A stretch of 35,885 bases of DNA from a virus (taxonomy: Duplodnaviria; Caudoviricetes): positions 1-35,885 of IMG/VR virus record IMGVR_UViG_3300033507_000016; one strand, written 5' to 3'. Under the pieces are notes generated by a model that worked only from the letters and a program-made list of their open reading frames with translations, made no database searches and was not told the origin of the DNA. Numbering within the stretch: the stretch's first letter is position 1; every line of letters begins with the position of its first letter. This document shows, piece by piece, positions 15,669-23,631 of this stretch. The translations under genes and the position numbers were made by a program.

Positions 15669-17542
15669 TGGATACTAAAGAACTTAAATCGATGCTAGGC
15701 AACAGAGCAAAAGACATTATAGCTTCAGGACTTAACGAAACGATAAAAAGGACAGGTCGAAATGAGTTTATCCGGTGTCCTTTTCATAATGATACAGAAC
15801 CTAGTTTTAGTTGGTTTGAGGAAGGTAATGTTTTTAAGTGTATGGTGTGCCAAAAGACATTAGATATTTATGAATACTATCAAGACTTCGAAAGCATGTC
15901 ATTTGTGGATGCTAAATCTAAAGTAGCTGAGGAGTTAGGAATAGAACTCACTTCAGGTTACACCAAGAAATCATTCACAGCACCAACTGAAAATTGTTAT
16001 AAGCCATTAACAAAAGTTGCTTACCAATGGTTCGAGTCAAGAGGTATAACGAAACAAGTCGCTGATAAATGGGATTTGGCTTCAATGTTTATTGGTCAAG
16101 ATGAAGTGATCATATTTAAACACATCAACGAAAGAAAGAAGTTTGTACTAGAAACATCAAGGTTTATAAACAAGAAGGATTTCAGAAGGAACACAGGCAA
16201 CAAAACAATTTTATTCGGTATGGATAGAATAGATACTAATAAGCCTGTAATCATAGTAGAGGGTCATATAGATGCTATAAGCGTATCCGCTGTATATGAT
16301 AATGTGCTATCAGTACCTTCAGGTATATCTAACAAAGATTGGATTGAAAATTGTTCATTCTTTATCGACAAAGTTAAAAACTTTATATTTTGGGCTGATA
16401 ATGATGGTAAGACTGGTATATCTGAAGCAGATGACATACGTAAAAGAATTGGTATAGATAAATGCGTTGTCGATTATCACCCTAAATACAAAGATGCTAA
16501 TGAATTATTGATGAAGTGCGGAGTTGAAGCTTTATCTGATTTTGTTGATGACTTACTAGCACCGAGAATCGAAGGGCTTGTCAATATGGGAAGACTTAGA
16601 TCATCTGACAGTGCTACTCTTAAATTTGAAACAGGATTCAAAGACGTTGACAAACATTTAAAAGGGTTTGAGTATGGTGCATTGAGTGTTATATTTGGAC
16701 GAGATAATGAAGGTAAAAGCACCTACATTTCTCAGATAATTACAGAGATATTAAAGACTCAACAAGTTTTCTTGTATTCAGGTGAATTGTCAGAGTATAA
16801 AGTGGAAGAATGGGTTATATCTCAGATAGCAGCAGAAAACTCAGATGCTTACTACAAAATAATTGACGAGTATGGCGAAGAAGTCGAACTTATAAAAGAT
16901 GAATACAGGGTAGCTATTAAAAAATGGTATCAAGACAGATTTTGGCTATACGAAGATGTGATAAATGGAAAAGAGAAAAGCCAAGATAGAATGTTTAGAA
17001 TCATGGAATCAGCTTACAGAACTTTAGGAATCAAGGTTTTCTTTATAGATAACATGATGACTGCTGTTGACCAATCAACTGATTCAACTGCTCAGAATGA
17101 ATCAAGAATGATTGACCAGTTGAAAAGGTTTGCTAAAACATTAGGTGTTCATATCTTTTTAATAGCACATCCGAACAAGCAAGGGTCCAGGGAATATACA
17201 CCGCTTAATAAAGTTGACGTTAATGGTTCCAAGACAATAACAAATACAGCGGATTATATAATTGCGGTTGAACGTTCTTTTGATCCTGAAGCTAAAATAA
17301 ACGGAGAACCAGTTGACCCAATGTATCGTCAATTTGTTGAAGGCAGGACTGATGTTTATTACACAACTATAATTAGAGTGCTAAAGAACAGAGTAAAGGC
17401 ACCAAGAAAAGATTTTTTTTATAGGTTTCATGTTAAGTCTACAAGATTTTTCAACAAAGAAACTAACAAGTCATTCGCCGGTGACTGGAAAAAGTTTTTA
17501 AAGTGTGGAGAAACTGAAGAACTTGAAGTGTTACCATTTTAA
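15665..17542 (+). CDS. Bifunctional DNA primase-helicase (zinc finger, TOPRIM, DnaB-like; T7 gp4/Twinkle-like)
   Basis: CPFH..CMVC zinc finger, IIVEGHIDAIS and ADNDG TOPRIM, GRDNEGKST Walker A, FFIDN and LIAHPNK SF4 motifs. Confidence 0.92.
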   Translation: MMDTKELKSMLGNRAKDIIASGLNETIKRTGRNEFIRCPFHNDTEPSFSWFEEGNVFKCMVCQKTLDIYEYYQDFESMSFVDAKSKVAEELGIELTSGYTKKSFTAPTENCYKPLTKVAYQWFESRGITKQVADKWDLASMFIGQDEVIIFKHINERKKFVLETSRFINKKDFRRNTGNKTILFGMDRIDTNKPVIIVEGHIDAISVSAVYDNVLSVPSGISNKDWIENCSFFIDKVKNFIFWADNDGKTGISEADDIRKRIGIDKCVVDYHPKYKDANELLMKCGVEALSDFVDDLLAPRIEGLVNMGRLRSSDSATLKFETGFKDVDKHLKGFEYGALSVIFGRDNEGKSTYISQIITEILKTQQVFLYSGELSEYKVEEWVISQIAAENSDAYYKIIDEYGEEVELIKDEYRVAIKKWYQDRFWLYEDVINGKEKSQDRMFRIMESAYRTLGIKVFFIDNMMTAVDQSTDSTAQNESRMIDQLKRFAKTLGVHIFLIAHPNKQGSREYTPLNKVDVNGSKTITNTADYIIAVERSFDPEAKINGEPVDPMYRQFVEGRTDVYYTTIIRVLKNRVKAPRKDFFYRFHVKSTRFFNKETNKSFAGDWKKFLKCGETEELEVLPF

Positions 17543-17553
17543 GAGGTGGTGTT

Positions 17554-17694
17554 ATGAAGATAAAAATTGCTATGGATGTTGTGGAAATAGTCGAACACTT
17601 TCAAGGTAAAAGATTTTGGAGAGGCAAAGATAAAACAGGCGCAGTATATCAGTTTTTAACGGAACAGATTGTAAAGGAGAGTGCGAATGATTAA
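17554..17694 (+). CDS. Hypothetical protein (46 aa)
   Basis: Manual translation MKIKIAMDVV..., GAGGTG RBS. Confidence 0.55.
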   Translation: MKIKIAMDVVEIVEHFQGKRFWRGKDKTGAVYQFLTEQIVKESAND

Positions 17695-17956
17695 TAAAGA
17701 AAGTTCTGACAAATGTCAATTTTGCGGTGTAGAAGCAACTAAATCACCCACTAACCCCGAATATAACTTTATTGATGTTAATTATTATCATAGGCATTTA
17801 ATGCACTTGTGCGACAGGTGTGTTGATAAGCTTAATAGTTATAGAAATAATAGTGATGTTGATGATTATTGGCTGCCTGAAGATGCAAAACGGTGCGGTT
17901 ATCCTGAATTTCCTTATTACAAATTGAAAGATCCTAGAAATAAATACATCCGATAG
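17687..17956 (+). CDS. Hypothetical zinc-ribbon protein
   Basis: CQFC...LCDRC motifs, AAGGAG RBS. Confidence 0.65.
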   Translation: MINKESSDKCQFCGVEATKSPTNPEYNFIDVNYYHRHLMHLCDRCVDKLNSYRNNSDVDDYWLPEDAKRCGYPEFPYYKLKDPRNKYIR

Positions 17957-17969
17957 AAAGAGGTGCATA

Positions 17970-18119
17970 ATGGATAATAAGCAGATTGAAGAAAAAATTG
18001 ACTTTATACTTGAATCACTTGTTGATATTTGCAAACGGTTAGAAAGAATTGAACAGCTACACGATGGGCTTGACATCACAAGCGATTTACCATGGTTGAG
18101 GTTTAACGATGACAAATAA
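17970..18119 (+). CDS. Hypothetical protein (49 aa)
   Basis: Manual translation MDNKQIEEKI..., AGAGGTG RBS. Confidence 0.55.
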   Translation: MDNKQIEEKIDFILESLVDICKRLERIEQLHDGLDITSDLPWLRFNDDK

Positions 18120-18303
18120 ATTTGCACAAGCTGCCAACGCTCACATGCTAAGATTAGATATGTCGGTAACAACATTTTGCAGAACGCTAGGACTATCTAA
18201 AAACGCATACTATGAGTATTGCAACGGGTCACTTCCACGATGTGACAAGGCTATTAGGATAGCTAGGGTATTAAAGACGACGGTAGAGGAACTTTGGGGA
18301 TAA
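18109..18303 (+). CDS. XRE-family HTH protein
   Basis: MSVTTFCRTLGLSKNAYYEYCNGSLPRCDKAIRIARVLKTTVEELW. Confidence 0.8.
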   Translation: MTNKFAQAANAHMLRLDMSVTTFCRTLGLSKNAYYEYCNGSLPRCDKAIRIARVLKTTVEELWG

Positions 18304-18315
18304 AAGGGGTGTAGT

Positions 18316-18492
18316 ATGGAACGAGATAATTTGTATAATAGCAGTGGTGACTTTTACGGATTGGAACGCAAGGTAGAAACAATCGAAATTACTCTTAAAA
18401 AGTTGAGTGAAGATATTGAATTATTAAAAATGCAACGCGAGATAGATAAATCTATACTAGAATCAATTCAAAAGACACTCAGCAAGGTTTAA
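18316..18492 (+). CDS. Hypothetical coiled-coil protein (58 aa)
   Basis: Manual translation MERDNLYNSS..., AAGGGG RBS. Confidence 0.55.
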   Translation: MERDNLYNSSGDFYGLERKVETIEITLKKLSEDIELLKMQREIDKSILESIQKTLSKV

Positions 18493-18576
18493 ACCAACCG
18501 TAGCGACATTTTAACATAGCGACAATACTTACTGTCCGCTTAGATAAAAAGTGGCTTATAACGAAAGGTGGAGCGT

Positions 18577-18954
18577 ATGAGAATATGGGAGATTGATTTC
18601 ACAAAAGTAGGTTGCACGTTTCAAGATTCAAATGATAATGAATGGGTTATTGGGGAAAACATGAACTTATATTGTGAACATCTCAGTGGCGCAAAATTTG
18701 AAATAAAAAACTGGTATTCTTTACACGAATTATTAATAGTTGAATTCACCGAAGTTATCAACTGGTCAAAAGTTGCGGTTGATACGCCTGTGTGGGTTAG
18801 AACTCGTGAATATGACAAGTGGTCACATAGACATTTTTCTGGTTATGACAACACAAATGTATTTTGCTTTATAGAAGGAAAAACATCGCACACAGAAACA
18901 ATTGCATCAAAATGGAATTATTGCTCACTAACCGACCCTAACAAAGGAGAGTAA
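18577..18954 (+). CDS. Conserved hypothetical phage protein
   Basis: C-terminal WSKVAVDTPVWVR...W..RHF...GKTS motif of a kind seen in Firmicutes phages. Confidence 0.7.
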   Translation: MRIWEIDFTKVGCTFQDSNDNEWVIGENMNLYCEHLSGAKFEIKNWYSLHELLIVEFTEVINWSKVAVDTPVWVRTREYDKWSHRHFSGYDNTNVFCFIEGKTSHTETIASKWNYCSLTDPNKGE

Positions 18955-18955
18955 C

Positions 18956-19138
18956 ATGGACATTAACGGAATGGCTAAGAGTATCAAGCTAATCATCAAG
19001 GAGCTTGCGGAATACACAGCTTACACAGGACTGTTACGGATTGACGGAGCGGATGCGATACAAGAAGCGTATGACAATATTGACGAGTTAGTTAGATTGG
19101 CTGAGGTAGGCTTAGAAAGTGAGGTTAAAGATGAATAG
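18956..19138 (+). CDS. Hypothetical protein
   Basis: ORF track, AAGGAG RBS. Confidence 0.6.
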   Translation: MDINGMAKSIKLIIKELAEYTAYTGLLRIDGADAIQEAYDNIDELVRLAEVGLESEVKDE

Positions 19139-19307
19139 ACAAGAGTTATTAGCGTGGGCTATCGCTACAGCGGTGTGTGCTGGTACAGTAGGTATAGGTG
19201 CTGTGGTGTCTAATGTGATTATGAATGGTGGAACGAAGGAGATTAGTGTAGAGGGTATGAGTGCGGAGGAAGTTAGGTTGCTTGAACTGTGGATGGGTGT
19301 AGAATAA
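19131..19307 (+). CDS. Small membrane protein
   Basis: Hydrophobic LLAWAIATAVCAGTVGIGAVV, GAGGT RBS. Confidence 0.6.
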   Translation: MNRQELLAWAIATAVCAGTVGIGAVVSNVIMNGGTKEISVEGMSAEEVRLLELWMGVE

Positions 19308-19522
19308 TGGTCACATGTCAAAGTTGCACTTGGCACGAGACACTCTACTCCACCATCAACGGTGAAATGATGCCCACTAATCTATGGCGTTGTCGATCAC
19401 ATATACAGAAGTCAAAATACAGCAAACGTGCCATGACAGTTGGTCATCCGGTGAGTAAGAATTGTAGATTTAATAGTGGTTTGGTTGATGTGGATCAGAT
19501 GAAGATAGAGGTGGACAATTGA
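19307..19522 (+). CDS. Hypothetical Cys-containing protein
   Basis: TCQSC motif, TAATG overlap with the upstream stop. Confidence 0.55.
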   Translation: MVTCQSCTWHETLYSTINGEMMPTNLWRCRSHIQKSKYSKRAMTVGHPVSKNCRFNSGLVDVDQMKIEVDN

Positions 19523-19878
19523 GAATGATCATACCGGGACGATTGCCTGGGCTAAACGAATACACTAGAGAGAACAGGCGCAACCGCTATGCTGGTGCTA
19601 AAATGAAATATGACACAGAACAGCTCATTAGCCTGTATATCCCTAAGTGGGCACAATACAATGTGCCTGTACGGTTAGAGTTTTACTGGTACGAGCCTGA
19701 TACACGCAGAGATTGTGACAACATATCGTTTGCCAAAAAATTCATCCTAGATTCACTGGTGGCTTCTGGTGTGTTGAAGAATGATAATCAAAAGTGTGTT
19801 AAAGGTTTCAGCGATCAGTTTTATGTCGACAAAGAAAACCCTCGGGTTGTGGTCGAGATTCACGAATTAACCACTTGA
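19519..19878 (+). CDS. rusA: RusA-family Holliday junction resolvase
   Basis: LPGLNEY, RRDCDNI..KKFILDSL...GVLKND and NPRVVVEI motifs. Confidence 0.85.
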   Translation: MRMIIPGRLPGLNEYTRENRRNRYAGAKMKYDTEQLISLYIPKWAQYNVPVRLEFYWYEPDTRRDCDNISFAKKFILDSLVASGVLKNDNQKCVKGFSDQFYVDKENPRVVVEIHELTT

Positions 19879-19903
19879 CATTACTATTAAATTAATGTAT
19901 TAT
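19875..19903 (+). promoter_or_regulatory. SigA promoter overlapping the rusA stop
   Basis: TTGACA-17 nt-TATTAT, with an overlapping TATAAT at 19901. Confidence 0.75.
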
Positions 19904-19925
19904 AATAGTGAAAGGTGGTGACGGT

Positions 19926-20066
19926 ATGAAGAAACAAAAATCCTATAGCTTTGAAGAAGAACTCCACACTCGGATTAGGGTGATGGCTGCTAAAATGAAC
20001 TTAAACTTAAATGATTTTATCGACTTAGCGATTGATGCGCTAGAGAAAGAAAGGGGTTTGAAATGA
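19926..20066 (+). CDS. Ribbon-helix-helix (Arc/CopG-like) protein (46 aa)
   Basis: Manual translation MKKQKSYSFEEELHTRIRVMAAKMNLNLNDFIDLAIDALEKERGLK shows a strand plus two helices. AAGGTGG RBS. Confidence 0.7.
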   Translation: MKKQKSYSFEEELHTRIRVMAAKMNLNLNDFIDLAIDALEKERGLK

Positions 20067-20419
20067 TCTGGTTAAAAGATATTAAAGGAACCGTGTTCCG
20101 AGTTGAGCCACAGGATAAGGTAGTCAAAGCATCACTATCAACTAGTGAGAAAAAGCAAGACAACACTTTTGAAAACTCAAGTTGGTTTGTGGCGTTTGTG
20201 GGAAATTGTAAAGATAAAGCTTCTAAGTTAACGGATAAGGATAGAATCACTGTAACGAAAGCTAAAATGACGAACGTTTACAATAAAGAACACAAGAAAG
20301 CTTACCTAAACTTCACAGTATTTGCATTTGATTGCGAAAGACTTGACAATGTTGCGTTTGACGATGACTTTGCAAATGACTTTAAAGCTATCGATGATGG
20401 AGATGATGTGCCATGGTAG
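20063..20419 (+). CDS. ssb: Single-stranded DNA-binding protein
   Basis: OB-fold-like SSWFVAFVG and an acidic tail ending DDGDDVPW. Confidence 0.8.
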   Translation: MIWLKDIKGTVFRVEPQDKVVKASLSTSEKKQDNTFENSSWFVAFVGNCKDKASKLTDKDRITVTKAKMTNVYNKEHKKAYLNFTVFAFDCERLDNVAFDDDFANDFKAIDDGDDVPW

Positions 20420-20469
20420 GTAGACAGTGGGCGATTTGTCCACTTTACATAAAATTATAAGGAGATCAC

Positions 20470-20613
20470 ATGGTAACCAAACAGGAAAAAGAGGAACGGT
20501 GCGAAAATTGCACCATGGAAGGTACAAAAGTTGTGTGTAGTAATTGCATAACTAAGTGTGGTGAGGTTGAAACCAAGAAATTTTTTACGGAGGTAGATAG
20601 ATGTCAGGTTTAA
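20470..20613 (+). CDS. Small zinc-ribbon protein (47 aa)
   Basis: Manual translation with CENC...CSNC, GGGAG RBS. Confidence 0.55.
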   Translation: MVTKQEKEERCENCTMEGTKVVCSNCITKCGEVETKKFFTEVDRCQV

Positions 20614-21038
20614 ATTTAGGAGTTAACACACGGAGTATAAATCATTTAGATAACCTTATGGGTGCAAAGGAAGTCGTTAAACAATGTTCACACCTTGACC
20701 AAGGTTACTGCGAGAAGCATAAGGCTTGGTGCTACATAATGACCAGTTGTGAAACAAAGGGTATGAGTGCGTATGACAAGCGATCAGCTAAGATTAAGTT
20801 TAACAAGAAGATGATTGAACACTTCGGCACCGTATGGATTCAACCTAGCACACACGGAACATTCAATGTGTATGTGTATGAGGAAAAAGGTTTAAAGAAA
20901 ACTGACATTGGCGCACACAAAACGTTGTCTGAGTCGCTAAAGGTACAGGCTAAGTTTTGCAAAGCTAATAAAATTGTCAATAAGAATAGGTATATCAACA
21001 TTCAAGATGTGACTACATACGAAAATCGAGGTGTATAG
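20601..21038 (+). CDS. Hypothetical protein, Cys-rich N-half and possible AP2-like C-half
   Basis: ORF track, GGAGG RBS. The domain guess is weak. Confidence 0.6.
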   Translation: MSGLNLGVNTRSINHLDNLMGAKEVVKQCSHLDQGYCEKHKAWCYIMTSCETKGMSAYDKRSAKIKFNKKMIEHFGTVWIQPSTHGTFNVYVYEEKGLKKTDIGAHKTLSESLKVQAKFCKANKIVNKNRYINIQDVTTYENRGV

Positions 21039-21277
21039 TGGATAATCAAAATAGATGCACGTGTTGTAATAAGCCTATACCTGATGGTTTAATGGTTTGC
21101 AGTTGGTGTCAGTCAAATGTTACGTTTCAAAAAACACCTAATAATGAACTATCAAAAGGTGAGTTAACCGCAGAGGTTGTGCGACTGACTAAAGCAATGA
21201 TGGGCATCGAGTGTAGATTGTCAGAGATAACAACCATGTTTATTGATCTGATGAAGAAAGTGAGCGTGATGAAGTGA
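21038..21277 (+). CDS. Hypothetical zinc-ribbon/coiled-coil protein
   Basis: RCTCCNKPIPDG.MVCSWC motif. Confidence 0.65.
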   Translation: MDNQNRCTCCNKPIPDGLMVCSWCQSNVTFQKTPNNELSKGELTAEVVRLTKAMMGIECRLSEITTMFIDLMKKVSVMK

Positions 21278-21471
21278 ACGCATACGAACGTTACACAAAC
21301 GCTTATTGCGCAAAGAATGGTTGTAGTTTGTCAGAGATGTACCGCAGAATCGGCATTAGCCCTAACAATCACATGAAATATTGCAGAGGTACGCAACCTC
21401 TAGTCAGTAAAGGTTATAAAATATCACAGTTTTTAGGAGTTGCAATACACAGACTTTGGGAGGTTGAATAA
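21274..21471 (+). CDS. XRE-family HTH protein
   Basis: SLSEMYRRIGIS...KYCRGTQP..SKGYKISQFLGV...LW, resembling 18109..18303. Confidence 0.7.
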   Translation: MNAYERYTNAYCAKNGCSLSEMYRRIGISPNNHMKYCRGTQPLVSKGYKISQFLGVAIHRLWEVE

Positions 21472-21590
21472 TGAAAATACTACATGACATTAACGAAATC
21501 ATTAAACGCTACAAAGGTTTAGATTTTCTTGACGCTCTAGACCTAGCCAGGGAAGAAGTTAAAAATGTGAATAAGAAAGTTGGTGAGTGA
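21471..21590 (+). CDS. Hypothetical protein (39 aa)
   Basis: Manual translation MKILHDINEI..., GGAGG RBS. Confidence 0.5.
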   Translation: MKILHDINEIIKRYKGLDFLDALDLAREEVKNVNKKVGE

Positions 21591-21754
21591 TGAAAAGTGA
21601 TATGCATAGCTATAATAGATGCGCTAATTGTAGTTTTCGGCGAAAAGTATATTGTCAGAATAATATATTTTTTATGGGGTGCGACCATGAGCCCTACAAA
21701 GGTAAATGGGTAGAAGAAATTGAAGTTTGCCCTAAACAGAAAGTTGGTGACTAA
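21590..21754 (+). CDS. Small Cys-rich protein (54 aa)
   Basis: Manual translation with CANC and three further Cys. Coupled stop/start at both ends. Confidence 0.55.
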   Translation: MKSDMHSYNRCANCSFRRKVYCQNNIFFMGCDHEPYKGKWVEEIEVCPKQKVGD

Positions 21755-21864
21755 TGGAATACTGCGTAATTTGCCACAAGGTAGAAGTTGAAGAAGGACA
21801 GATGTTTTGTCCTGAGTGTTACGAACGCTATGTAAAATACGGATTTATGGACCCGAGAGACTGA
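21754..21864 (+). CDS. Mini zinc-ribbon protein (36 aa)
   Basis: MEYCVICHKVEVEEGQMFCPECYERY... Confidence 0.55.
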   Translation: MEYCVICHKVEVEEGQMFCPECYERYVKYGFMDPRD

Positions 21865-21873
21865 GGTGGAGCG

Positions 21874-22047
21874 ATGGACTACAGAAATTGTTACGGGTAT
21901 GAAGTTATTAAACCAACTAAAATTATTAAGTTATCCGTTAAACAAAGAATTAAAAGAGCTTTAAAAAACAGAAATTATAAGTTGTTATTTGTGAAGCAAA
22001 TAGAAATACCTGCGATATCGATATATACGCAAAACATAACGACTTGA
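21874..22047 (+). CDS. Basic hypothetical protein (57 aa)
   Basis: Manual translation MDYRNCYGYE..., GAGGTGGAG RBS. Confidence 0.5.
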   Translation: MDYRNCYGYEVIKPTKIIKLSVKQRIKRALKNRNYKLLFVKQIEIPAISIYTQNITT

Positions 22048-22063
22048 AAGCGATGGTGGAGTA

Positions 22064-22315
22064 ATGAAGGCGAAATTAACTAGAGAACGACTTTATTCAT
22101 TGCAAGGAATAGTTACAATGGGTGCTGATGTGTACAAAGAACTTGACGAACTCGAAGCAAAAGCTACCCAACTTGACCGCAAAGAGCAAGGGGTTGGCGT
22201 TGAAGTAGCCGATTACAGCGATACAGTTTGCGGATATTGTTATAGAGAGTTAAATACAAAACACGAAAGTTATTGTTCTAACTGTGGTACAAAGCTTATA
22301 TGGCCAGATAACTAG
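22064..22315 (+). CDS. Hypothetical protein with C-terminal zinc ribbon
   Basis: CGYC...YCSNCGTKLIW motif. Confidence 0.7.
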   Translation: MKAKLTRERLYSLQGIVTMGADVYKELDELEAKATQLDRKEQGVGVEVADYSDTVCGYCYRELNTKHESYCSNCGTKLIWPDN

Positions 22316-22323
22316 GAGGACTC

Positions 22324-22494
22324 ATGTCAAGTAATGTAGCAAAAGAACGCCATAACGCTAAGGTGGTAGGTTATACGAAGTGTGGCGTGTGCGGTGATCA
22401 GATGGAGTTACTAGAAGGTGTAGACTACAGGAAGGTTGGTCATGGCGAGTTGGTGTGTGCACCGTGTTACGACTATTTGAATGGTGTAAAATGA
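22324..22494 (+). CDS. Mini zinc-ribbon protein (56 aa)
   Basis: Manual translation with CGVC...VCAPCY, AGGAGG RBS. Confidence 0.6.
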   Translation: MSSNVAKERHNAKVVGYTKCGVCGDQMELLEGVDYRKVGHGELVCAPCYDYLNGVK

Positions 22495-22568
22495 TACATG
22501 GTTACCTAGCTTTTATAGTGATGGTGGTAGTGTTTACTGTGGTTATATGGAGTAGTGACGACCGCTGA
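22491..22568 (+). CDS. 25-aa membrane peptide (MIHGYLAFIVMVVVFTVVIWSSDDR)
   Basis: ATGA overlap, single hydrophobic helix, ends at the terminator. Confidence 0.45.
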   Translation: MIHGYLAFIVMVVVFTVVIWSSDDR

Positions 22569-22581
22569 TAAGGCGGTTTTT
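22561..22581 (+). terminator. Rho-independent terminator
   Basis: ACCGC-TGATAAG-GCGGT followed by TTTT. Confidence 0.75.
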
Positions 22582-22596
22582 CTATGTAGATAAGTA

Positions 22597-22625
22597 TTTA
22601 CAATCAATTGATTATAGTGTATAAT
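22597..22625 (+). promoter_or_regulatory. SigA promoter with a palindromic operator
   Basis: TTTACA-17 nt-TATAAT, with the perfect palindrome AATCAATTGATT at 22602-22613. Confidence 0.75.
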
Positions 22626-22648
22626 GATTATGAAAGAGAGGTTTATAT

Positions 22649-22798
22649 ATGGCTAAGATAAGAAGAACAGGTAATGTTGTTGTGGTTTCGCTAAGCCCTA
22701 CTGTATTGAAATTGAGCGGATTTGATATTGATGATGAAGTTGTTGTACTTGCCAATAACGGTGTAATTACAATTAAGAAGGTTGAGGATTTAGTATGA
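22649..22798 (+). CDS. AbrB/MazE/SpoVT-like DNA-binding protein (49 aa)
   Basis: Manual translation MAKIRRTGNVVVVSLSPTVLKLSGFDIDDEVVVLANNGVITIKKVEDLV, GAGGT RBS. Confidence 0.75.
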   Translation: MAKIRRTGNVVVVSLSPTVLKLSGFDIDDEVVVLANNGVITIKKVEDLV

Positions 22799-23631
22799 AC
22801 GAACTTTCAAATATTAATCAGTTGACAACTGAAATTGTGCTATTAAAGAATCAGACAGCGCAAAACATTATAGAGATAGGTAAACGACTGATAAAAGTCA
22901 AAGAGCAACTACCGCATGGCGAGTGGGGTAAGTGGCTAGAGAGTGAGGTGGAGTTTAGCCAGAATGCAGCCAATAAATTTATGAGAGTTGCAAAAGAATT
23001 AAATTGTTCATCGTTTAACAATTTGGGAACAGGTAAAATATTCGCATTACTAGACCTACCACAAGAGCAACGAGAAGAATTTATAGCAACGACACCAGTT
23101 GACGAAATGACAACTAGAGAACTGCAGCAAGCTATAAAGGATAAAAAGGAACTAGAGCGATTGTTAGAATCGGAACGCAATAAGCCACCTAGAACAATTG
23201 AAAAGGTTGTTGAACGAAAACCGGCCGATTATGATAAGTTGAAAGATGACTTAAAAGCTAAAGAACAGAGCATTGCTAAGTTGAACGATTACACAGAAAC
23301 ATTAAAAAAAGCTTATGTGTCTACAAAGGCAAGGGTTGAAGATTATGAACACATAGAAAATAGAATACAAGATTTGACTAGAAAAGAAACGGAATTATTA
23401 GACAAGGTTAGAGTGATAACGGATTTATCGACTTTACAATTTGAAATTGAGAAGCTTTTGAAAGAGAAGTTAGCACCAGTTAGATATTCAAAGTCTTTAA
23501 AGCGACTAGATGATCCTGTGGCTAGAGAAAACCTAGAAGCTGTATTGAACAGTGTCACATTGTGGCTTAATGAAATTAACAGTCTTTTAAACTTTAACTA
23601 CGTGGGGGTAGAATATGAATCAATTGATTAA
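22795..23631 (+). CDS. DUF3102-domain protein with coiled-coil C-terminus
   Basis: IIEIGKRLIKVKEQLPHGEWGKWL...FSQ..ANKFMRVA and MTTRELQQAIK motifs. Confidence 0.85.
   Translation: MNELSNINQLTTEIVLLKNQTAQNIIEIGKRLIKVKEQLPHGEWGKWLESEVEFSQNAANKFMRVAKELNCSSFNNLGTGKIFALLDLPQEQREEFIATTPVDEMTTRELQQAIKDKKELERLLESERNKPPRTIEKVVERKPADYDKLKDDLKAKEQSIAKLNDYTETLKKAYVSTKARVEDYEHIENRIQDLTRKETELLDKVRVITDLSTLQFEIEKLLKEKLAPVRYSKSLKRLDDPVARENLEAVLNSVTLWLNEINSLLNFNYVGVEYESID

Noticed and set aside
22649-23631. MazEF-type toxin-antitoxin pair
   Set aside because: The gene after the AbrB-like ORF is DUF3102, with no MazF/VapC/Doc motifs. The gene after the 12051 copy also shows no toxin motif.
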